This document shows, piece by piece, positions 37,915 through 47,616 of a DNA stretch of 64,000 nucleotides (positions within the stretch are counted from its first letter, which is position 1; each line of letters opens with the position of its first letter). Source of the DNA: a virus (taxonomy: Duplodnaviria; Caudoviricetes); IMG/VR virus record IMGVR_UViG_3300020431_000005, positions 32,001 to 96,000 of that record. The stretch is one strand, 5' to 3'. Both the position numbers and the translations under genes were made by a program. The notes beneath the pieces were generated by a model. It was not told where the DNA came from and searched no databases. It was given only the letters and a program-made list of their open reading frames with translations.

Positions 37915-39641
37915 TTATTTTTAAAAAGATCCGTTGGAAGAATTTTCTTTCGACGGGTAATGTTTTTAGTGAAGTTGATTTAAGAACATCAAAAACAAAT
38001 TTGATCATTGGTAGCAATGGCGCAGGTAAGAGTACTATTCTAGATGCTCTTACCTTTTCTTTGTTTGGGAAACCATTTCGTAAGATCAACAAACCGATGC
38101 TGGTAAACAGTATCAATGAAAAAAACTGTCTTACTGAAATTGAATTTAGTATTGGTAAGAAAGAATACAAGTTGGTTCGGGGAGTCAAACCAAATGTATT
38201 TGAGATTTACTGTAATGGTGAACTGTGGAATCAGGAGAGCTCTTTAGTAGAACAGCAGAAGAACTTTGAGAATAATGTTCTCAAGATGAACTACAAGTCA
38301 TTCACACAGATTGTGGTGCTTGGTTCTTCTACGTTTGTTCCATTCATGCGTCTGCCTTTGGCACAGCGTCGTGAGATTATTGAAGACATCCTTGACATCC
38401 AAGTATTCTCTACGATGAATGTTCTTCTTCGTGATAAAGTTAGAGAGAATAACGAAGACATTAAAACAATTGATTACGAGATACATCTTTTGGCGGAGAA
38501 GATTGATCTCCAGAAGAAGTATATGCTTGAACTCGAAAAGAAAACCAAGGAAGAGATTACTCGTAAAGAGAATAAGATTGCTGAATTGTTAGAGGATGAG
38601 AATACCCAACACCAAGAAATTGCGCGACTAACTTCTGAAGTTGAAAAACATTCTAAAGAAATGGAAGAGGTGTCTAGCAGCACTTCAAAACTGAAGAAGT
38701 TAAACACTTTTCTAATTAAAGTTCAGGGTAAATTAAAAACATGTAAAAAAGAACATGAGTTTTTTGAGAAGAATCATGTGTGCCCTACATGTACTCAAGA
38801 CTTATCAGAAGAATTTCGTGATGAAAAGTTGGAGTCTGGAAAAACTAAGGTTGATGAAATGCTTGTAGGATACAATGATATCCTTGCTGCTATAGGAGAA
38901 GAGGAAGTTAAATTTAATAAATTTACTGAGTTGTCAAGTCAGGTCATGACTATCAACAACTCCATCAGTCAATCTAATTTCCAGATCACTTCATTCAGAA
39001 AAACTATTTCTGATATCGAATCTGAGATCAAAGAACTGGAAGGTAGCAACCCAGACAAGAAAGCAGAGTTTGTAAAACTTGAGGGTCTTGTTAAGAATAA
39101 AAAACAATTGGGTAGCACACTCGCAGAAAACCGCAAGGACCGTGATACACTATTGGTAGCATCGCAACTGTTGAAAGACAACGGTATTAAGACTAGGATC
39201 ATCAAGACCTATCTTCCAGCGATGAACCAACTCATCAATCAGTATCTTCAGAGTATGGACTTTTATGTCAACTTTACACTGAATGAGAACTTTGAGGAGA
39301 TAATTAAATCTAGGTATAGGGATGTGTTTTCTTATGATAGTTTCAGCGAAGGAGAGAAATCTCGTATTGATATTGCTCTTCTGCTTACTTGGAGAAGTAT
39401 TGCTAAGCTCAAGAATAGTGTGGATACTAACCTCCTCATATTAGATGAGATATTTGACAGTTCATTGGATCAGCAAGGTGGTATGGATCTAAGTTGGATC
39501 CTACGCAACTTTGATGACAACTCAAACATCTATGTTATCAGTCATAGAGAAAACCTTGACGGTAAATTTGAGAGAACTATCACAGCAGAGAAAGAAAAGA
39601 ACTTCTCCGTGATCCGAGAGACAGTTTCTGAACTGGACTAG
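37911..39641 (+). CDS. g46: Recombination ATPase gp46 (Rad50/SbcC-like)
   Basis: KNFLSTG; GSNGAGKST; zinc hook CPTC; FSEGEK; ILDEIFD. Confidence 0.97.
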   Translation: MIIFKKIRWKNFLSTGNVFSEVDLRTSKTNLIIGSNGAGKSTILDALTFSLFGKPFRKINKPMLVNSINEKNCLTEIEFSIGKKEYKLVRGVKPNVFEIYCNGELWNQESSLVEQQKNFENNVLKMNYKSFTQIVVLGSSTFVPFMRLPLAQRREIIEDILDIQVFSTMNVLLRDKVRENNEDIKTIDYEIHLLAEKIDLQKKYMLELEKKTKEEITRKENKIAELLEDENTQHQEIARLTSEVEKHSKEMEEVSSSTSKLKKLNTFLIKVQGKLKTCKKEHEFFEKNHVCPTCTQDLSEEFRDEKLESGKTKVDEMLVGYNDILAAIGEEEVKFNKFTELSSQVMTINNSISQSNFQITSFRKTISDIESEIKELEGSNPDKKAEFVKLEGLVKNKKQLGSTLAENRKDRDTLLVASQLLKDNGIKTRIIKTYLPAMNQLINQYLQSMDFYVNFTLNENFEEIIKSRYRDVFSYDSFSEGEKSRIDIALLLTWRSIAKLKNSVDTNLLILDEIFDSSLDQQGGMDLSWILRNFDDNSNIYVISHRENLDGKFERTITAEKEKNFSVIRETVSELD

Positions 39642-39666
39642 GGATGCCTTCGGGCATCCTTTTTTT
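39642..39666 (+). terminator. Rho-independent terminator with cUUCGg tetraloop
   Basis: GGATGCC-TTCG-GGCATCC followed by T7. Confidence 0.9.
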
Positions 39667-39669
39667 GTA

Positions 39670-39696
39670 TATACTAGTAGCATCAACGAAACGAAC
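39670..39696 (+). promoter_or_regulatory. Putative early promoter/leader motif, copy 1
   Basis: TATACT-N5-CATCAACGAAACGAAC immediately before ATG 39699. Confidence 0.7.
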
Positions 39697-39698
39697 GT

Positions 39699-41834
39699 AT
39701 GTCATCCCAAGAAATCAAAGGAAACCTTGCTCGTCTGCTCGCAACAGAGAACTTGATTGTAGAGCACCGTAAGGTCTCCACAGCATCCTTTGATGTGGAT
39801 CGCCGTGTGTTGACCCTTCCCAACTGGGACAAGGCATCTAGCACCGTATACGACATGCTGGTGGGTCATGAGGTTGGACATGCTTTGTTTACACCTAACA
39901 AAGACTGGCGTGATGTTGCAGATTGTCCTAAGGACTTTGTTAATGTGATTGAGGATGCTCGTATTGAGAAACTCATGAAACGTAAGTATCCTGGATTGCG
40001 TAAGTCTTTTGCTGGTGGTTATAAAGAATTAAACGATGCTGACTTCTTTGACATTGATGGAGAAGACTTTAATACTTTTAGTTTGATTGATCGTATCAAT
40101 CTCCACTTTAAGATTGGTGCTAGTGCTATGGTTCCTTTCTCTATTGAGGAGCAATTGTTTGTTGCTCGTACAGATGTTGCTGAGACTTTTGAAGAAGTCC
40201 TACAAATTGCTGTAGATGTTTTTAACTATAGTAAGCAAGAACAAGAAGAAGAACAGGAAGAAACTCCACAAGAGATGCCTGCTAATGAATCTTCATCAGA
40301 ATCACAGGAAGATGTAGAGCAGCAAGAAACAAATGATGAAGAACAACCTAAACAAGAAAATACTACTAGTAGTGGTCAAGAGCAATCTGGTGTTGAAGAA
40401 GATGAAGAAGAAGAAGAATCTATAGAAGGTTCTAGGACACAAGATAGTTTCAACGAGGCAGCAAAAGGTTTAACTGATCGTTACTCTAATGATCCTGTAT
40501 ACGTAGAGATTCCTGACAGTGTGGATCTCCCCACGTTTGTTGCTGACTGGACTGAAGTTCATGACTGGATTGATGAGTATCGTAATAACTTCCTTGGTAA
40601 GAATGAAGGAGACGATTATTACAATCCTTATGAAACTGTAGATAAATCTTACACAGAGTTTCGTAAGCAATCACAGAAAGAGGTAAACTATCTTGTTAAG
40701 GAATTTGAATGTCGTAAGTCTGCTGACGCTTATGCTCGTGCTGGTCAATCTAAGACTGGTGTGCTTGATACTACTAAGCTACACACTTATAAGCACAACG
40801 AAGATCTTTTCAAAAAAGTAACTGTAATTCCTGATGGTAAGAATCATGGTTTGATATTCTTGCTTGACTGGTCTGGTTCTATGCAGAGTGAGATTCTTTC
40901 TACAGTAAAACAGTTGTTGAATCTGACTGCCTTCTGTAAGAAAGTTCAGATCCCATTTGAGGTGTATGCTTTTACGAATGAGTTTTATACTGTTCGTCGT
41001 ATTAAGAACGGTATTGATGAATACGTTTCTAATGATGAGTATTTTCAAAAAAATGGTTGTATGGAAGGCAAAATCTTTCTACCAAAAGATATGTTCCACT
41101 TGATGAACTTTGTTTCTTCTCGTTCTAACTCTAAAAACTATGAGCGTATGTGTTTAAACTTGTATCGTGAGGCATATGCTTTTGTGTATGCTTGTGCTTA
41201 TCAATCCACTATCGGTATTGGTCTTTCTGGCACTCCTTTGAATGAAGGTATTATTATGTTGAATTATATTATCCCTCAATTCAAGAAACAAAATGATCTA
41301 CAAAAAGTAAACGTGTGTGTTCTATCTGACGGAGAAGCATGTCAGTCTTCTTATGGTCGTGAACTTTATAACGATCATAAAGATGAATTTTATGTTCGTC
41401 CTCGCCGCCTTGATTACCGATCTGTTTTACGAGATCGTACCACTGGTCATGTTTATGCTGTAGGTGATAGTTGGTCTGGTATGACTAATATTTTTATTCA
41501 ACAACTGCGTGATCGTAATCCTGGTGTGAACGTTCTTGGTTTTCGTATTATGTCTAGTGGCGGTCTTAGTAACTTTGTCTCTATTTACGGCAATATTTCT
41601 TACTACGATCAAGTACAGAAACAATGGAAAAAATCTAAATCTGCTGTGGTTCCTTTCCCGAAGAGTTACACTGCTCTGTATGTGATTAGTAATAACGCTG
41701 TAGAATCTGATGTAGATTTTGATGTTGAGGCTGGTGCCAAGAAAGGCGAGATATCTCGTGCCTTTAAAAAGATGCTTGGATCTAAATCTACTAACAAGAA
41801 ACTTCTAAACTCCTTCATTGAGTATGTCGCTTGA
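39699..41834 (+). CDS. Metallopeptidase-like plus vWA (MIDAS) protein, partner of the MoxR ATPase
   Basis: HEVGH...EDARIE; acidic linker; LLDWSGSM; GTPL; LSDGE. Confidence 0.85.
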   Translation: MSSQEIKGNLARLLATENLIVEHRKVSTASFDVDRRVLTLPNWDKASSTVYDMLVGHEVGHALFTPNKDWRDVADCPKDFVNVIEDARIEKLMKRKYPGLRKSFAGGYKELNDADFFDIDGEDFNTFSLIDRINLHFKIGASAMVPFSIEEQLFVARTDVAETFEEVLQIAVDVFNYSKQEQEEEQEETPQEMPANESSSESQEDVEQQETNDEEQPKQENTTSSGQEQSGVEEDEEEEESIEGSRTQDSFNEAAKGLTDRYSNDPVYVEIPDSVDLPTFVADWTEVHDWIDEYRNNFLGKNEGDDYYNPYETVDKSYTEFRKQSQKEVNYLVKEFECRKSADAYARAGQSKTGVLDTTKLHTYKHNEDLFKKVTVIPDGKNHGLIFLLDWSGSMQSEILSTVKQLLNLTAFCKKVQIPFEVYAFTNEFYTVRRIKNGIDEYVSNDEYFQKNGCMEGKIFLPKDMFHLMNFVSSRSNSKNYERMCLNLYREAYAFVYACAYQSTIGIGLSGTPLNEGIIMLNYIIPQFKKQNDLQKVNVCVLSDGEACQSSYGRELYNDHKDEFYVRPRRLDYRSVLRDRTTGHVYAVGDSWSGMTNIFIQQLRDRNPGVNVLGFRIMSSGGLSNFVSIYGNISYYDQVQKQWKKSKSAVVPFPKSYTALYVISNNAVESDVDFDVEAGAKKGEISRAFKKMLGSKSTNKKLLNSFIEYVA

Positions 41835-41875
41835 TGAACCGTCCACTAGGGGTCGCTAAGACCCTGCCCATCCTT

Positions 41876-41902
41876 TATAATAACTACATCAACGAAACGA
41901 AC
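41876..41902 (+). promoter_or_regulatory. Putative early promoter/leader motif, copy 2
   Basis: TATAAT-N5-CATCAACGAAACGAAC immediately before ATG 41904. Confidence 0.7.
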
Positions 41903-41903
41903 C

Positions 41904-43004
41904 ATGCCTGCCAAACTCGATCTCACTACAACTCAACTCGCTTCTTTCCTATCAGAAAATTTTGGCAATGATGTCAATGCCGAGCACGTTCGTTCTGCCT
42001 GTGATCACTTTGGTATCACCTATGCTACTGCTACTAAGCGTCTGCGTGATTTCTATGTCAAGCGTGGCACTTGGAACCTGACAGTTCAGGAGCGTCTTGA
42101 GCAATCTCTTGCTGCCCCTGCTGCTATTCCAGTTGCTAATAGCAACGATGAGAATCTTGTTCCTATGAAGGACGAGAACTATGTTCCTTTCGGAAACTTC
42201 TCTGATGTAAAGAAGATCATTCAATCTAAGATTTTTTATCCTACTTTTATTACTGGTCTATCTGGCAATGGTAAGACTTTCTCTGTTGAGCAAGCATGTG
42301 CTGCTCTAAATAGAGAACTTATTCGTGTAAACATTACCATTGAAACTGACGAGGATGATCTTATTGGTGGGTTCCGTCTTGTTAATGGCGAAACTGTTTG
42401 GCATAATGGTCCTGTCATCGAAGCTCTGGAACGTGGAGCTGTGTTGCTTCTAGATGAAGTTGACTTGGCATCCAATAAGATTCTCTGTCTGCAGTCTGTT
42501 CTAGAAGGTAAAGGTGTTTTCTTGAAGAAAACTGGTCGTTACGTACAACCTGCTATGGGTTTCAATGTCATCGCTACTGCCAATACTAAAGGTAAAGGTT
42601 CTGATGATGGTCGTTTCATCGGCACCAATGTTCTCAACGAAGCATTTCTTGAGCGTTTTGCCTTGACCTTTGAGCAGGAGTATCCTACTCCCGCTACTGA
42701 GCAGAAGATTTTGTTGCGTATTGCTGCTTCTGTTGGTAAGCACGATGAAGACTTCTGTAAGAATCTTGCTAACTGGGCAGACATTATTCGTAAGACATTT
42801 GCTGATGGTGGTATTGATGAGATCATTAGCACCCGTCGTCTAGTCCACATTATCCGTGCTTATGCTATCTGGGGTGATCGTATGAAGGCGATCAAAGTCT
42901 GTGTAAATCGTTTCGATGATGAGACTCGTCAATCATTCATCGAATTGTATGATAAAATTGATGCTGACGTTCAAACTGGGGAGGAAGAAAATGCAGCATA
43001 CTGA
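41904..43004 (+). CDS. cobS: MoxR/CobS-like AAA+ ATPase
   Basis: GLSGNGKT; LLLDEVD; ATANTKG; NEAFLERF; ISTRRL. Confidence 0.88.
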   Translation: MPAKLDLTTTQLASFLSENFGNDVNAEHVRSACDHFGITYATATKRLRDFYVKRGTWNLTVQERLEQSLAAPAAIPVANSNDENLVPMKDENYVPFGNFSDVKKIIQSKIFYPTFITGLSGNGKTFSVEQACAALNRELIRVNITIETDEDDLIGGFRLVNGETVWHNGPVIEALERGAVLLLDEVDLASNKILCLQSVLEGKGVFLKKTGRYVQPAMGFNVIATANTKGKGSDDGRFIGTNVLNEAFLERFALTFEQEYPTPATEQKILLRIAASVGKHDEDFCKNLANWADIIRKTFADGGIDEIISTRRLVHIIRAYAIWGDRMKAIKVCVNRFDDETRQSFIELYDKIDADVQTGEEENAAY

Positions 43005-43170
43005 AAAACTTCATGGGTATGTAAACAATCTCGCCATCATAGTAGATGGTGAGGATCGTAAAACTGTAAAAATTATGGGTGGCAATGGTTTGAAGTTGTT
43101 TGTCAAAGACCTTGACGGCAAGGTTCAAGAGTGCTACCATAGTAATCTACGCTTAATCTGGGATAACTGA
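42991..43170 (+). CDS. Small hypothetical protein
   Basis: MQHTEKLHG... preceded by GGGGAGG RBS. Confidence 0.6.
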   Translation: MQHTEKLHGYVNNLAIIVDGEDRKTVKIMGGNGLKLFVKDLDGKVQECYHSNLRLIWDN

Positions 43171-43458
43171 ATGGCGAAAAAATACAATGAAGATGCTCTG
43201 TTGAAAGAGCTGAGTGATTACATTTCTGGAACTTATGGACAACACTATTCTGCTGGTAACGACAGCATTCAAACGTTAGATCTAATTGAAGCATGTGGAG
43301 ACGCTGAGGCATTCTGCCGTAGCAACATCCTCAAGTATGCTTCACGCTACGATCGTAAAGGCACTGCCCGTCGTGATATCATTAAGATCCTTCACTACGC
43401 ATTGCTGCTGCTCCACTTCTCTGACAAATCCCAAATTACCGAATCTTACAATCAATGA
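43171..43458 (+). CDS. DUF3310/gp1.7-like protein
   Basis: HY...IQTLDLI...FCRSNILKYASRY..KG...DIIKILHY. Confidence 0.7.
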   Translation: MAKKYNEDALLKELSDYISGTYGQHYSAGNDSIQTLDLIEACGDAEAFCRSNILKYASRYDRKGTARRDIIKILHYALLLLHFSDKSQITESYNQ

Positions 43459-44129
43459 GTAAAGTTATTCTTTCTAGAAAAACCCTAGATGTTCTCAAAA
43501 ACTTCAGTACTATCAATTCCTCGATTGTCTTCCGTAAAGGATCCACGGTTAGAACTATCTCTAATGCAGAGAACATCCTCGCAAAGTTTACTGGCGAGGA
43601 AGTGTTTCCTGTTGACTTCGCTATCTATGATCTTAGTCAGTTCCTTTCTGGGATCTCTTTGTTTAGCGACCCTCAGCTTGAGTTTGACAACGAAAATTTT
43701 GTCAGCATCCGTGGCGGTCGTCAGTCTGCTCGCTATTTCTTTTCTGATCCAGAGATTACGCTCAAGTCTGCTCCAGAAAAAAACGTAAAGTTTCCTGGTG
43801 CTGACCTTCAGTTCAATCTAACTGGCGAAGATCTGATTGCTTTACAAAAAGCATCTGCTGTCTACAGTCTACCTGATCTTACCTTCCAATCGATTGAAGG
43901 TCATGAAGAGATTAAACTTATCCTTAGGGACAAAGAGAATGATACCAGTAATACTTATGATATCACTGTGGCAGGTTGCTCTACTGGCACCTATACTCTT
44001 GATCTTAAGATTGAGAACATTCGTCTTCTCCCTGGTGACTATACTGTCAAAGTATCCCAACACCTTATCTCAGAGTGGACCAATGTAAATACTGATTTGA
44101 CTTACTACATTGCCCTTGAACCAGCGTGA
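43455..44129 (+). CDS. g45: Sliding clamp gp45
   Basis: LKNFSTINSSI; FAIYDLSQFL; LLPGDY; YYIALE. Confidence 0.95.
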   Translation: MSKVILSRKTLDVLKNFSTINSSIVFRKGSTVRTISNAENILAKFTGEEVFPVDFAIYDLSQFLSGISLFSDPQLEFDNENFVSIRGGRQSARYFFSDPEITLKSAPEKNVKFPGADLQFNLTGEDLIALQKASAVYSLPDLTFQSIEGHEEIKLILRDKENDTSNTYDITVAGCSTGTYTLDLKIENIRLLPGDYTVKVSQHLISEWTNVNTDLTYYIALEPA

Positions 44130-44461
44130 AGCATATTCTCTTTACACTCAAAGGGTGTAATGTTGATCTTCTAAATGACGAGGAGTTCATCCGAGATATT
44201 ATTTACACTACATCTAAAAGGTGTAAATCAACTCTGCTATCCATTAACTCACATAGGTTTGATCCGCAAGGTGTTACTTGTGTGGCGATGCTGGCAGAGA
44301 GTCATATTAGTATTCACACATGGCCAGAGAAAGGTATGGCAGTCTGCGATATCTTTACCTGTGGTGAGCATACCAAACCCAAGAAGGGTATGGAGTATAT
44401 GCAAATGATGTTCAGTGCCAAGGACATCGTATCTAAATCATTTACTAGACCATTAGAATGA
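44126..44461 (+). CDS. speD: S-adenosylmethionine decarboxylase proenzyme
   Basis: F.PQGVT...LAESHISIHTWPE..AVCDIFTCG (E|S self-cleavage site). Confidence 0.9.
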   Translation: MKHILFTLKGCNVDLLNDEEFIRDIIYTTSKRCKSTLLSINSHRFDPQGVTCVAMLAESHISIHTWPEKGMAVCDIFTCGEHTKPKKGMEYMQMMFSAKDIVSKSFTRPLE

Positions 44462-45402
44462 GCAAAGAATTTTTGTGGGTGGAGAAATACCGCCCAAATA
44501 TTGTTGAGGACTGCATCCTTCCTGCTAGCACTAAACAAGTGTTTCAGGGTTTTGTAGATCAAGGAGAACTCCCTAACCTGATGCTGACAGGCACAGCAGG
44601 CGTTGGTAAGACCACTGTTGCTAAGGCATTGTGTGAGGAGATTGGTGCTTCTTACATCGTCATCAACGGGTCTGACGAGGGACGTTTCCTAGACACTATC
44701 AGGAACCGTGTTCGTCAGTTTGCTACGACTGTCTCTCTCACGTCTGGGGCATCCCACAAGGTGGTCATCATCGATGAGGCAGACAACACCACTAACGACG
44801 TGCAACTGTCTCTGAGGACTGCTGTGGAAGAGTTCCATAGCAACTGCCGTTTCATCTTCACCTGCAACTTCATCAATAAAATTATTGAACCGTTGCACTC
44901 ACGTTGTACGGTAGTTGACTTTAGAATCAAACCTGAGCAGTCTACTAAACTTCAGGGAGAATTCTTTACTCGTCTCAAAACTATTCTAACAAATGAGAAT
45001 GTTGAGTATGAAGACAAAGTTCTCGCGAAGCTTGTCAAGAGGTATTATCCTGATTGGCGTCGTCTTATTAACGAGTGCCAGCGTTATGCTGCCACAGGGA
45101 GTATTACTTCTGCTATCTTGGTTGACGTTGCAGATGTTAATCTGGACTCTCTACTTACATCTCTGAAGAAGAAAGACTTTACTACTGTAAAGAACTGGGT
45201 AGTTCAGCATCTGGATAACGATCCTAGTATGGTGATGCGTAAGATCTATGACAGTTTGTATGGTGTATTGAAACCTGCTTCTATTCCTGAAGCTGTTCTT
45301 ATCATCGCCAAGTATATGAAAGACATTACTATTGTTCCTGATCAAGAGATCAATCTGTTGGCATGTCTGACAGAGATCATGATGAGTTGTGAATTCAAAT
45401 GA
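44458..45402 (+). CDS. g44: Clamp loader large subunit gp44
   Basis: LWVEKYRP; GTAGVGKT; IIDEAD; LHSRC. Confidence 0.96.
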   Translation: MSKEFLWVEKYRPNIVEDCILPASTKQVFQGFVDQGELPNLMLTGTAGVGKTTVAKALCEEIGASYIVINGSDEGRFLDTIRNRVRQFATTVSLTSGASHKVVIIDEADNTTNDVQLSLRTAVEEFHSNCRFIFTCNFINKIIEPLHSRCTVVDFRIKPEQSTKLQGEFFTRLKTILTNENVEYEDKVLAKLVKRYYPDWRRLINECQRYAATGSITSAILVDVADVNLDSLLTSLKKKDFTTVKNWVVQHLDNDPSMVMRKIYDSLYGVLKPASIPEAVLIIAKYMKDITIVPDQEINLLACLTEIMMSCEFK

Positions 45403-45542
45403 CGCTACTCAAATTTATTGAAAAAGAACCTAAATTTATTATGATGGAGGAAATGTATGAGAGACTCGAAAACGAAGCAGAACGGCAGTGGGCATATATC
45501 AAAAGTCAAAACGACACCAGAAAATGTAGCAGAAGCAAATAA
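45399..45542 (+). CDS. Small hypothetical protein (47 aa, not in ORF track)
   Basis: MTLLKFIEKEPKFIMMEEMYERLE...; ATGA overlap with g44. Confidence 0.45.
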   Translation: MTLLKFIEKEPKFIMMEEMYERLENEAERQWAYIKSQNDTRKCSRSK

Positions 45543-45669
45543 AGCATTGTTTCATGCTACAATGAACTTACCTCATGCTGCTGCTCATTGTGGTATGACT
45601 GAACGAGAGATGAAACATATCTTTCGTGAATACTTAAAATATAACAATCCAGATTACGATGCCAGTTGA
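45457..45669 (+). CDS. Small HTH-like hypothetical protein
   Basis: MNLPHAAAHCGMTEREMKHIF. Confidence 0.55.
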   Translation: MRDSKTKQNGSGHISKVKTTPENVAEANKALFHATMNLPHAAAHCGMTEREMKHIFREYLKYNNPDYDAS

Positions 45670-46258
45670 CTCTCTTTATTCTATCCCTTTTTATCGTGCT
45701 AGTGTATCTAACCTTGAAACAATTCAAAGTGAGTTAAAACCTGCTATTGAAAGTATTAAAATTGATACCATAGATGATTGGGGAAGTCCGCATAAGTTAT
45801 CAACAACGACCTTTACTGATAGTTTTATTGATGAATACAATTTAATTAATTTTAAAAATGAAATCTATAAACATGTAGATGTAATGTTATCTGATCTTAG
45901 ATTTGATATGAGTGCAAACTACACAGATTCTATGAGGGTGAAAATTAATTCTTCATGGGTTTCGTTGTTTGAAAAACATGACTATGCACATATTCATGAT
46001 CATGGTGATGCGGATATATCTGGAGTTTACTACTATAAAGTAGATGAATCTCATGGAGATTTTTTTGTATCCAGTCCTTTTCCTGCTCTCTCCTCTTCAT
46101 ATCCTTTCTTTCATTTGTGTAATAGAAGAACTTTTCAACCAGTAAATGGTACACTATATTTGTTTCCTGGATTTTTATCTCATGGAGTTTGTACAAATAC
46201 TTCTGATGTAACCAGGATCAGTGTAGCATTTAATATTTACTTTCAACGAAACGTTTAA
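45659..46258 (+). CDS. Putative 2OG-Fe(II) oxygenase (TIGR02466-like)
   Basis: SW.....HDH...ISGVYY...LFPGFLSHGV...RISVAFN. Confidence 0.85.
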   Translation: MPVDSLYSIPFYRASVSNLETIQSELKPAIESIKIDTIDDWGSPHKLSTTTFTDSFIDEYNLINFKNEIYKHVDVMLSDLRFDMSANYTDSMRVKINSSWVSLFEKHDYAHIHDHGDADISGVYYYKVDESHGDFFVSSPFPALSSSYPFFHLCNRRTFQPVNGTLYLFPGFLSHGVCTNTSDVTRISVAFNIYFQRNV

Positions 46259-46260
46259 TT

Positions 46261-47100
46261 ATGGCAAGTTTGAAATCTCTTAAGACTCCTCTTCGTTATC
46301 CTGGTGGAAAGAGTCGTGCCTTGAGTAAACTCTTTCAGTACATTCCTAACCTGAAAGATTACACTGAGTATCGCGAACCATTTATTGGTGGTGGTTCTGT
46401 GGCATTGGAAATTGGTAAACGATATCCACACCTAGACATCTGGGTCAATGATCTTTATGAACCTCTCTATAATTTCTGGCGGGTGCTTCAGGATCAAGGA
46501 CAAGAACTTCGTGATGAGTTGGTTCAACTTAAGCAACGTCATCCAGAACCAATATCAGCAAAACTATTATTTTTAGACGCCAAGGAGAAAGTGAACGATG
46601 ATCAGATATCCGATGTATTTCGTGCTGTTAGTTTTTACGTTGTTAATAAGTGCTCTTTTTCTGGTCTCACTGAATCCAGTTCCTTCAGCAAGCAAGCGTC
46701 AGAGAGCAATTTCTCGATGCGAGGCATTGATAAACTTCCAGACTACTCCTTGATGATCAAGAAGTGGAAGATTACTAATCTTCGCTATCAAGAACTCTTT
46801 ACTGATAACAAAGACATCTTTACTTATCTAGATCCTCCTTATGAGATTGGTTCTAATCTCTATGGTAAGAAGGGGAATATGCATAAGGGATTTGATCATG
46901 ATGGGTTCGCTGCCATCTGTGATCGGTTTGTTGGTCATCAACTTGTGTCATATAATTCAACGCAACTGATCCGAGACCGCTTCAAGAAAGGGTGGACAGC
47001 TGCTGAATTTGCACACACTTACACCATGAGGAGCGTGGGGAGTTATAATACAGATCAAGCGTCTCGCAAGGAACTCGTCCTAACCAACTATGAAATGTGA
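46261..47100 (+). CDS. dam: DNA adenine methyltransferase (Dam family)
   Basis: LRYPGGKS; EPFIGGGSV; YLDPPY. Confidence 0.92.
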   Translation: MASLKSLKTPLRYPGGKSRALSKLFQYIPNLKDYTEYREPFIGGGSVALEIGKRYPHLDIWVNDLYEPLYNFWRVLQDQGQELRDELVQLKQRHPEPISAKLLFLDAKEKVNDDQISDVFRAVSFYVVNKCSFSGLTESSSFSKQASESNFSMRGIDKLPDYSLMIKKWKITNLRYQELFTDNKDIFTYLDPPYEIGSNLYGKKGNMHKGFDHDGFAAICDRFVGHQLVSYNSTQLIRDRFKKGWTAAEFAHTYTMRSVGSYNTDQASRKELVLTNYEM

Positions 47101-47233
47101 AGTCACTCTCTACGTAGCAGGCACCGTCTTTAAGGAGGAGGTCATTGCTCGTAATTACGAAGAAGCAAGGCAAACTGCTATTGCTCGAAATCCCACTGCT
47201 AGAATTGTTTCTGTTACCGCTGTATTTAAATAA
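47090..47233 (+). CDS. Small hypothetical protein (47 aa, not in ORF track)
   Basis: MKCEVTLYVAGTVFKEEVIARNYEEARQTAIARNPTARIVSV; TAATG overlap with g62. Confidence 0.65.
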   Translation: MKCEVTLYVAGTVFKEEVIARNYEEARQTAIARNPTARIVSVTAVFK

Positions 47234-47616
47234 TGTATCAACTGAAAGATTACCTGTACTCCATCAATCAATCGAAAAAAAGTATCCTAAATGATGACGC
47301 TGATGGTGAGCGAGGGTATCCTCCTTATATTGTTAATAGGTGCTTGTCTTCTTTCACTGATACTATTCTATACGTCAATGAGATGAATAAAAATTCTCAC
47401 CTTGACAAGAAGATGCAATATGACTTTTTACTAAATAGTGTGAAACCGAGGAAGCGTTTCTCTCCTTGGGCACGAAAAGATTCTATTGATTATCTTGAAG
47501 TAGTTAAAGAGTATTATGGTTATAATGACGATAAAGCTCTACAAGCACTCAGAATTCTCACCAAGGATCAGTTAGATCATATTACCAAGGTATTGAATAA
47601 AGGTGGAAAAACATGA
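47233..47616 (+). CDS. g62: Clamp loader small subunit gp62
   Basis: YPPYIVNRCLS; QYDFLLNS..PRKRFSPW; YYGYN. Confidence 0.92.
   Translation: MYQLKDYLYSINQSKKSILNDDADGERGYPPYIVNRCLSSFTDTILYVNEMNKNSHLDKKMQYDFLLNSVKPRKRFSPWARKDSIDYLEVVKEYYGYNDDKALQALRILTKDQLDHITKVLNKGGKT

Noticed and set aside
45399-45669. Programmed frameshift joining two overlapping small ORFs
   Set aside because: There is an 86-nt overlap but no clear slippery heptamer or stimulatory structure
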